Positions 1-5,671 are shown, counted from the stretch's first letter. The stretch: 11,412 nt of DNA from Elainellaceae cyanobacterium (GCA_051117555.1 JBNPEG010000014.1:1-11412); one strand, 5' to 3'. Notes: generated by a model not told the origin, from the sequence alone. A program made the numbers and translations.

Positions 1-476
1 GGCATCTCAGGCCCCGTCAAAATCACATCAACGTGCTTCGGGCGATTTTGCAAGAAAGCCAGAACATCGTGTTCAGAAATCAGACCAAACTTGATGGCGA
101 GGCTCAGCTCATCTAAAACCACGAGGGTGTAATTCCCTTGGGACACAATATTTTGGGTGTAGTGCCACAGGTCATGGAGTGCTGCCCGCTCGAAGTCTTC
201 TAGATGGGGCGTGTCAATGCATCTCGGCAAATTGCAGCGCAGCCAGTCTAGGTGTTGACCGAGTTGAATGGGATGTTTGTGCCCCTGTTCAATGCCGCCC
301 TTTAAAAATTGAACGACCAGTACCGGGGTTCCCTGTCCCGCAATTCTGAGGGCTTGAGCCATCACATTGGTAAAAAAGCTGCGATGGGTGCACGTAAAGA
401 CCTGCACCAACCCCTCGACTGCGTGAGAGAGTGGCTTGTTTGAATGAAGCGTTGACGTTTCGAGCTGAGAAACCAT
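1..476 (-). CDS. CobO/BtuR/CobA-type (corrinoid adenosyltransferase-like) P-loop family protein; 3' end lies outside the window
   Basis: Manual translation from the ATG at 476 is open to the window edge: MVSQLETSTLHSNKPLSHAVEGLVQVFTCTHRSFFTNVMAQALRIAGQGTPVLVVQFLKGG...YTLVVLDELSLAIKFGLISEHDVLAFLQNRPKHVDVILTGPEM. The motifs ALRxAG, VQFLKG, LVVLDE and RPxHVDVILTG are typical of the CobA/CobO family, but the GxGKGKT P-loop is missing. Confidence 0.85.
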   Translation of the reverse strand, partial: MVSQLETSTLHSNKPLSHAVEGLVQVFTCTHRSFFTNVMAQALRIAGQGTPVLVVQFLKGGIEQGHKHPIQLGQHLDWLRCNLPRCIDTPHLEDFERAALHDLWHYTQNIVSQGNYTLVVLDELSLAIKFGLISEHDVLAFLQNRPKHVDVILTGPEM

Positions 477-537
477 ACAGCAAAAATTGACAGCGACGAT
501 TAATAATTCGATTTAGCGGGAGCCGTTATTACGATGC

Positions 538-573
538 ACCATCTATAAGCTAAGTACCATCTATAAGCTAAGT
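538..573. repeat. Perfect 18-bp tandem duplication (ACCATCTATAAGCTAAGT x2)
   Basis: Identical copies at 538-555 and 556-573. Confidence 0.95.
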
Positions 574-715
574 AGGTAAGCGGAATCAAATGTAGGATGG
601 GTTAGCGATAGCGTAACCCATGCGGGTGTTGGGTTATTGCCTTCGGCAAGGCTTTGCCAACGTACCTCAACCCAACCTACACAGGTCTCATATTTAATTA
701 GTCCCACCTAACTTA
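569..715. mobile_element. Putative MITE-like miniature element with imperfect terminal inverted repeats and TA ends, carrying REP-like palindromes
   Basis: The left end TAAGTAGGTAAGCGGAATCAAATGT resembles the reverse complement of the right end, TAAGTTAGGTGGGACTAATTAAATAT. TA lies at 569-570 and 714-715. There is no coding capacity. Confidence 0.55.
592..680. repeat. Inverted pair of GTAG-type REP-like palindromes (REPIN-like doublet)
   Basis: REP1 is GTAGG followed by stem ATGGGTTA(597-604)/TAACCCAT(614-621). REP2 is on the minus strand: GTAG at 680-677 with stem GTTGGGTT(628-635)/AACCCAAC(669-676). A GTAG foot next to a hairpin is the architecture of RAYT-associated REPs. Confidence 0.75.
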
Positions 716-738
716 ATGCAAATTAGCAGCAGATCAGC

Positions 739-770
739 ACCCAATGAAGTCGATACCCAATGAAGTCGAT
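739..770. repeat. Perfect 16-bp tandem duplication (ACCCAATGAAGTCGAT x2)
   Basis: Identical copies at 739-754 and 755-770. Confidence 0.95.
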
Positions 771-947
771 CGACAGTCAAAATATAGCGTATTTCCTGGA
801 TGCATTCTCCCTATTAAGCACCACATCTGTAATCACGTCAATATCATGGCTGATTGTCTAGCCTGGCCGTAATCCTCGCCGTTTATCAAGCTGAGGAGCG
901 ATTCAAGAGGGGCTGGCGTTCCTAAAATTTGGCGTGAGGTCAGTGCC

Positions 948-966
948 ATATCCCCCCGTGTAGGAT
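948..966. promoter_or_regulatory. Candidate InrS (CsoR/RcnR family) operator
   Basis: ATATCCCCCCGTGTAGGAT has a C6 tract (952-957) and ATCC/GGAT inverted arms. It lies about 100 bp upstream of a Ni/Co uptake operon. G/C tracts flanked by short inverted repeats are the CsoR/RcnR/InrS operator type. Confidence 0.5.
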
Positions 967-1062
967 TGAATTCTGGAAGGAAATAAAGTTTTATAAAGCC
1001 TAGGCTTAAATCTCACTTAAGTCCGTATCAACGCTGTGTTAGTTAGGACGATATTTCCCACT

Positions 1063-1938
1063 ATGAAGAAACACCTTTTAGTGATTGCAAGCATCGTGGC
1101 GATCGCCCCTGGATTTTTGCACGCATGCTCATCACCCGAATCTGAAGCGGAAGCGCCTGCTGAGAGCCAAACGGAAACTGCTGCAACTGACGAATCAGCA
1201 GATGGAGAAGAAGGAACCCTCGAACTCAGAGCAAATGGTGAAGATTTCGTGCGTCAAGGGTTTGTGACCAAAGACGGATGGCAGGTGAGTTTTGACCATA
1301 TCTATGTCAATCTGGCAGAGGTCACGGCATACCAAACCGACCCTCCCTACGACCCAGATACGGCAAGCGAACTCAAGGCTGAAACCGAAGTTGGTTTAGA
1401 TCAGCCCCAAACGGTTGATTTGGCAGAGGGTGACGACACTGCCGAACCCATCCTCATTAGCGAGGTGACGGCTCCGGCAGGTCGCTACAATGCGCTGTCT
1501 TGGGAGATGGTTCCGGCTGATAGCGGGCCGGCTGAAGGATACACCCTAGTTATGATGGGGACAGCCGAAAAAGAGGGGCGCGCGGTCGACTTCACTATCA
1601 AAACCGATCAGCCCTATGCCTATACCTGTGGTGCCTTTGTCGGAGATGAACGAAAAGGCATTTTAGAGTCGGGGGATACCGCAGATTTGGAAGCCACCTT
1701 CCATTTTGACCATATCTTTGGCGATGGCGAAGCACCTGCGGATGATCCCATCAATACGGGTGCAGTTGGGTTTGAGCCCTTTGCGGCGATCGCACACGAT
1801 GGAGGGCTTGATGTGGATATGACAGAACTTGAGCAGCGGCTTCCTGCAGAAGATTATGCAACGCTCAAAGATACTATGGCGGGGTTGGCTCACGTCGGGG
1901 AAGGACACTGCAAAGAGTCAATGCCTGAATCGGCTTAG
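1063..1938 (+). CDS. Acidic exported lipoprotein, probably metal-binding (DUF4382-like, from recollection); first gene of the Ni/Co ECF operon
   Basis: The ATG at 1063 gives MKKHLLVIASIVAIAPGFLHA-C, a basic N-terminus, hydrophobic core and lipobox-like LHAC. An E/A/S/T-rich linker follows. His motifs are FDHIY, TFHFDHIFGD and C-terminal AHVGEGHC. An alternative GTG start is at 1036. Confidence 0.75.
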   Translation: MKKHLLVIASIVAIAPGFLHACSSPESEAEAPAESQTETAATDESADGEEGTLELRANGEDFVRQGFVTKDGWQVSFDHIYVNLAEVTAYQTDPPYDPDTASELKAETEVGLDQPQTVDLAEGDDTAEPILISEVTAPAGRYNALSWEMVPADSGPAEGYTLVMMGTAEKEGRAVDFTIKTDQPYAYTCGAFVGDERKGILESGDTADLEATFHFDHIFGDGEAPADDPINTGAVGFEPFAAIAHDGGLDVDMTELEQRLPAEDYATLKDTMAGLAHVGEGHCKESMPESA

Positions 1939-2020
1939 GGGAGTGCCTCCCAATTTTGTAGCTTTCACCCTAAATCCCTCTCCCAGAGTGGTAGAGGGAC
2001 TTCGAGTCCGGCTCCCCTAA
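1935..2020. repeat. Structured intergenic repeat-like element with 9-bp terminal inverted repeats and internal hairpins
   Basis: TTAGGGGAG(1935-1943)/CTCCCCTAA(2012-2020). Internal hairpins: GGGAG-TGC-CTCCC (1939-1951) followed by AATTTTGT; TCCCTCTcCCA-GAG-TGGtAGAGGGA (1975-1999); GGACT-TCG-AGTCC (1997-2009). Confidence 0.6.
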
Positions 2021-2063
2021 ATGGCACAGATCATCCTCGTAGATTAAGTACATCACTAGTGGT

Positions 2064-2543
2064 ATGAGACAAGCACTGATTCTTCCTGTTGCATTTCTTT
2101 CGACATTGGGCATCGCAGAGCGGGCGATCGCCCACGGGGTTGAGATCGAGTACCAATCAGCTCAGGCGATCGAAGTTACGGCAACCTATGACTCGGGCGA
2201 GCCGATGGCGGAGGCGCAGGTGGCCGTGTTTTCTCCTGACAATCCATCTGACCCCTGGATGACTGGAACCACCAACGAGCAAGGAGTATTTACATTTGCT
2301 CCCGATGCGTCTGTTTTGGGGGATTGGGAGGTGCAGGTTCGTCAGGCTGGACATGGCGATATTGTCACCATTCCAGTCGAAGAAAGCTTTGCTGAAGGGG
2401 GAGCAGGTGGTTCGACTGGGGATGCAGTTGCCTCGGCAGGTGGAACAGGCAGCTTTACCCCGCTTCAGAAAATTGTCGTTATGGGTGCCGTCGTTTGGGG
2501 ATTTATCGGGACGGCACTCTTTTTCATGTCAAGGAAAAAATAG
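2064..2543 (+). CDS. NikL/CbiL-like accessory component (signal peptide, carboxypeptidase-regulatory-like beta domain, C-terminal TM anchor)
   Basis: Signal peptide ends AIA|HGV. The domain contains YDSGEPMAEAQVAVFSP and GTTNEQGVFTF. A Gly-rich linker leads to the C-terminal TM IVVMGAVVWGFIGTALFF and a basic tail. The stop is 2 bp before the nikM/cbiM start. Confidence 0.75.
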   Translation: MRQALILPVAFLSTLGIAERAIAHGVEIEYQSAQAIEVTATYDSGEPMAEAQVAVFSPDNPSDPWMTGTTNEQGVFTFAPDASVLGDWEVQVRQAGHGDIVTIPVEESFAEGGAGGSTGDAVASAGGTGSFTPLQKIVVMGAVVWGFIGTALFFMSRKK

Positions 2544-2545
2544 GA

Positions 2546-3247
2546 ATGCACATTCCAGACGGTATTCTTCCAGCGCAAATTTGTATTGGAGGGTATGCGA
2601 TCGCCGCTCCAGTCACCTGGTATTCGCTCAAGCAAATCAGACGCCAATCTGATCCCACCGAGGGGGTTCCCAAAGCGGCGCTGATGACGGCGGCGTTCTT
2701 TGTAGCATCGTCCATTCATATTCCAATTCCACCATCTAGCGTTCACCTGGTGCTCAATGGCGTACTCGGTGCCATCTTAGGCTACTATGCGTTTCCAGCC
2801 ATTTTGGTAGGGTTGTTCTTTCAAGCCGTCATCGTGGGACATGGGGGGTTAACCACGCTCGGCGTCGATGCGGTGATGATGGGAGTGCCTGCGCTGATTG
2901 CCCACCATATTTTTCAACTCCGCTATCCGTTGGGCGATCGCATCAGTCCAAAATTTGCTGATGGGGGGTGCGCCTTCCTGGCGGGGGCGATCGGGTTGGG
3001 GCTTTCAGCCATGATTTTTTTTGCGGTCGTGATCACCACAATTCCATCCGGCTTTAATGCGACGACCGAACAGTCTGCCATTTATGGATTATCGCTTGCC
3101 CACATTCCCCTAGCCCTGCTAGAGGGCATCTTCACCACCTTACTGGTGCTGTTTCTTCAGCGCGTCAAGCCAGAATTGCTCAACAATCACAGAAAACGAA
3201 GCGTTCAATCACAACGGCCTGTTGAAGAAGAGATCGAGCGAGTTTAG
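2546..3247 (+). CDS. cbiM: Ni/Co ECF transporter substrate-binding component (CbiM/NikM family)
   Basis: The true start is the ATG at 2546, giving the N-terminal metal-binding motif MHIPDG. Other family motifs are SSVHL, LFFQA...GHGGLTTLG and EGIFT, with multiple TM helices. Confidence 0.95.
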   Translation: MHIPDGILPAQICIGGYAIAAPVTWYSLKQIRRQSDPTEGVPKAALMTAAFFVASSIHIPIPPSSVHLVLNGVLGAILGYYAFPAILVGLFFQAVIVGHGGLTTLGVDAVMMGVPALIAHHIFQLRYPLGDRISPKFADGGCAFLAGAIGLGLSAMIFFAVVITTIPSGFNATTEQSAIYGLSLAHIPLALLEGIFTTLLVLFLQRVKPELLNNHRKRSVQSQRPVEEEIERV

Positions 3248-3270
3248 AGGAAAAATGGGGTGATACAGTA

Positions 3271-3310
3271 AAAAAATGGCAAACATGGACAAAAAATGGC
3301 AAATATGAGG
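3271..3310. repeat. Imperfect 20-bp tandem repeat (AAAAAATGGCAAAYATG core) between cbiM and cbiQ
   Basis: AAAAAATGGCAAACATGGAC (3271-3290) and AAAAAATGGCAAATATGAGG (3291-3310), with a degenerate AAAAATGG at 3251. Confidence 0.85.
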
Positions 3311-3318
3311 GATAGGTT

Positions 3319-4131
3319 GTGAGATTTGAGCTAGACGAATTTGCTCATTTAGATTCTCCGCTACACCGATGGGATCCGAGATTTAAGCTGATTGGCTTTG
3401 TCATTTTGATGTTTGCCTTTGCCTTTGTCGAAGATTTACGAATTCTTCCTGGGATGCTCAGCATCACCGCTGGTCTTTATTGGGTGTCGAAACTGCCGCT
3501 GCGCTATTGGCTAGCACGTTTCCGCTATCCGGGCTTTTTCCTGCTGGGCATTATTGTCATGCTGCCGCTTTTCTCAGGAGAGACGGTCATGTTTAAGTGG
3601 GGGATTTTTTCGGTCTATAAAGAGGGATGCCTTGACGTTGTGCTCATCGCCAGCCGATTTGTGTCAATTTTGACGACCGTGCTGATTTTGCTTGGCACAA
3701 CTCCATTTTTAAAGATGGTCAAGGCAATGCGATCGCTCGGATTGCCGCCCCTGCTAGCCGATCTCATGCTCCTCACCTATCGCTACCTGTTTGATGTGGC
3801 TAAAACCTTGACGACGATGCAGCAAGCGATGCGATTGAGGGGGTTTGGCAGTTTACCCCAAACAGCCACGTGGAAAGAGCGGTGGTGGCGGTTTCCCAGT
3901 CTTCGAGACTTGAGCCAATTGGCATCTCTCGCGGGGACGCTGTTTGTCCGCAGTTACGAGCAATCTGAGCATGTCTATAAGGCCATGAAGCTACGCGGAT
4001 ATGGGAGTCAGTTTGCTCAATATCGCGAATTGAGTTGGCATCCGTCCCCAGTGCAGCGCCGATGGGATGCGATCGCCCTCGCTGTGATGCTGTGCCTAGC
4101 GGGAGGCGTTATCATCGCAGAATTGCTGTAG
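3319..4131 (+). CDS. cbiQ: Ni/Co ECF transporter T component
   Basis: Motifs SPLHRWDPRFKL, LLTYRYLF, AMRLRGF, GTLFVRSYEQSEHVYKAMKLRGY (two conserved XRG coupling motifs). It lies between the M and O components and has a GTG start. Confidence 0.95.
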   Translation: MRFELDEFAHLDSPLHRWDPRFKLIGFVILMFAFAFVEDLRILPGMLSITAGLYWVSKLPLRYWLARFRYPGFFLLGIIVMLPLFSGETVMFKWGIFSVYKEGCLDVVLIASRFVSILTTVLILLGTTPFLKMVKAMRSLGLPPLLADLMLLTYRYLFDVAKTLTTMQQAMRLRGFGSLPQTATWKERWWRFPSLRDLSQLASLAGTLFVRSYEQSEHVYKAMKLRGYGSQFAQYRELSWHPSPVQRRWDAIALAVMLCLAGGVIIAELL

Positions 4132-4161
4132 CTCATCAGGAGAACTCTCATCAATTACGTT

Positions 4162-4992
4162 ATGGATCAACCCCGATACGACTCGTCTTTATTGCCTGTC
4201 TTAAAAGACTCGCCTAATGATTCACCTAGCTCACCTGAGGTATCTCAGCAGGCGATCGCCCTTCAGAATGTGCAGTTTTCCTATCCCAATCGCCCCAATA
4301 TTCTGCGAGGCATTAATTTATCAATTGATACAGGAGAACGACTTGGGGTAATGGGGCCGAATGGTGCCGGTAAGACGACGCTGTTTATGGCGATATGCGG
4401 CATTCTGACCCCTACTGAGGGAGATATTCTCCTATTCGACCAGCCGATTGTGCCAGGTGAGTTTCGCCCGGAAATCGGCTTAGTGTTTCAAAACCCAGAC
4501 GATCAGCTCTTTTCGGCATCCGTGCGAGAAGATGTGGCATTTGGTCCAGAAAATTTGGGATTGCCGCCTGACGAGGTCGATGCCCGCGTGTCTGAGGTGT
4601 TAGATCTCACGGGCATGACCGATCGCGCAGATCGCGTCCCGCATCACCTGTCGGGCGGAGAAAAGCGGATGGTGGCGATCGCCGGAGTATTGGCAATGTG
4701 CCCCAAGCTGGTCATTTATGACGAACCCTCTGCCAGCCTTGACTTGCGAGCCCGTCGTCGCCTCATTCAGTTTTTGCAAAGGTCTCAAGAAACGATTCTC
4801 GTGTCGTCCCATGATTTAGAATTCATTCTCGAAGTGTGCGATCGCGTCATTTTGATCGACGAAGGAAAAATCGTGGCAGACGGCAATCCCCGCACGATTA
4901 TGGGAGATGCAGACCTGATGCTTGCCCATGGGCTAGAAAAACCGCATTCTCTAATTCCCCACGTCGAGCCCCATCATGACGGTCAGAGTTAG
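4162..4992 (+). CDS. cbiO: ECF transporter ATP-binding component
   Basis: Walker A GPNGAGKT, ECF-type Q-loop FQNPDDQLF, signature LSGGEKR, Walker B LVIYDEP, H-loop SSHD. Confidence 0.95.
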   Translation: MDQPRYDSSLLPVLKDSPNDSPSSPEVSQQAIALQNVQFSYPNRPNILRGINLSIDTGERLGVMGPNGAGKTTLFMAICGILTPTEGDILLFDQPIVPGEFRPEIGLVFQNPDDQLFSASVREDVAFGPENLGLPPDEVDARVSEVLDLTGMTDRADRVPHHLSGGEKRMVAIAGVLAMCPKLVIYDEPSASLDLRARRRLIQFLQRSQETILVSSHDLEFILEVCDRVILIDEGKIVADGNPRTIMGDADLMLAHGLEKPHSLIPHVEPHHDGQS

Positions 4993-5028
4993 GGCGATCG
5001 GGAAGGGGTGGATAGTTCTGATGACGTC

Positions 5029-5050
5029 GTGAGCGAGACGCTCACACTAT
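5029..5050 (-). repeat. REP-like palindrome / possible 3' stem-loop after cbiO
   Basis: Perfect 7-bp hairpin GTGAGCG-AGA-CGCTCAC (5029-5045). On the minus strand it is preceded by ATAGT, a variant of the GTAG foot. It has no U-tract. Confidence 0.5.
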
Positions 5051-5097
5051 GGGTATGAAACGTCCGTCGTCTTGTCCTAGTAAAATTCATAGTGTAG

Positions 5098-5595
5098 ATG
5101 CGTGGCGATGAAAAACGGATGATGACATCTCAACGGACATTTCCATGGGTAAAGGGCGGATTCGCAGTGGTGTTGAGCGGTTTGCTGTGGCTGGCTGGAG
5201 TGGTGTATGCCAACGGGGCGATCGCCGCAGTTGCTCCGAGTCAGCAATCCCCAACGGAGGTCAGGGTTCACTTGGGCACAACGGCTGACGAGCTGAGATT
5301 TGTTCCGGATGAGCTAGAGTTTGAAGCCGGCAAGCGCTATACACTGGTGCTCGACAACCCTAGTCCCGAAAAGCATTATTTCACCGCAAAAGACTTTGCC
5401 GACGTTATCTGGTCGCAAAAAGTTGAGGCAGCAGGAGTTGAGGTGAAAGGAGCCATTCATGAGCTAGAGCTAAAACCTGGTGCCGAAGCTGAATGGGTGT
5501 TTGTACCGCTAAAACCCGGAGTTTATGAGCTGCACTGCTCCATTCCCGGACATGCGGAAGCGGGAATGACCGGAACATTAACCATCTCAAGCTAG
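5098..5595 (+). CDS. Exported cupredoxin (plastocyanin/azurin-family copper-binding protein)
   Basis: N-terminal hydrophobic signal; cupredoxin pattern LRFVPDELEF...Y.LVLDN; type-1 Cu ligands H (KHYF) and C-x4-H-x4-M (CSIPGHAEAGM). The start could instead be 5119 or 5122. Confidence 0.88.
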   Translation: MRGDEKRMMTSQRTFPWVKGGFAVVLSGLLWLAGVVYANGAIAAVAPSQQSPTEVRVHLGTTADELRFVPDELEFEAGKRYTLVLDNPSPEKHYFTAKDFADVIWSQKVEAAGVEVKGAIHELELKPGAEAEWVFVPLKPGVYELHCSIPGHAEAGMTGTLTISS

Positions 5596-5630
5596 GCTGT
5601 TGCCCCGTTAGTTAGTCCTGGTAATCAGGG

Positions 5631-5671
5631 TTGTTGAGGGGGGGAAGCCGTGTTTCGACTGCGCTCAACAA
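5631..5671. repeat. Degenerate inverted repeat / stem-loop downstream of the cupredoxin gene
   Basis: Arms TTGTTGAG(5631-5638)/CTCAACAA(5664-5671). The inner GTTTCGACTGCGCTCAAC resembles one half of a dispersed bacterial palindromic repeat (from recollection). Confidence 0.45.

Noticed and set aside
289..483. 64-aa ORF from the track
   Set aside because: It is an alternative frame overlapping the CobO-like CDS (1-476), which carries clear family motifs.
538..770. CRISPR mini-array
   Set aside because: The repeats are directly adjacent pairs without spacers, the two pairs are unrelated, and there are no cas genes in the window.
771..1062. Cobalamin or NiCo riboswitch upstream of the ECF operon
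   Set aside because: I could not find the B12-box or other conserved cobalamin motifs, nor a convincing four-way junction. An Rfam scan would be decisive.
1994..2017. tRNA T-arm-like TTCGAGTCC
   Set aside because: There is no 5-bp T-stem around a 7-nt loop and no D-arm, anticodon arm or acceptor stem.
2039..2051. NtcA site
   Set aside because: The spacing is GTA-N7-TAC, not the required GTA-N8-TAC.
2495..2545. N-terminal extension of CbiM/NikM given by the ORF track
   Set aside because: It overlaps the upstream gene and is not a signal peptide. The family needs MH at the mature N-terminus, so the start is 2546.
5010..5077. Hammerhead-ribozyme-like core (CTGATGA at 5018-5024 ... GAAAC ... 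GTC)
   Set aside because: Stem II has no closing pair next to the core (C opposite T), stem III is only 3 bp, and the possible stem I (GGATAG/TTGTCC) is offset by 2 nt. The internal hairpin is better explained as a REP-like palindrome.
5098..5595. Calling the cupredoxin petE (plastocyanin)
   Set aside because: It lacks the PHNVVF and YCxPHxGAGM plastocyanin motifs, and the ligand spacing differs.
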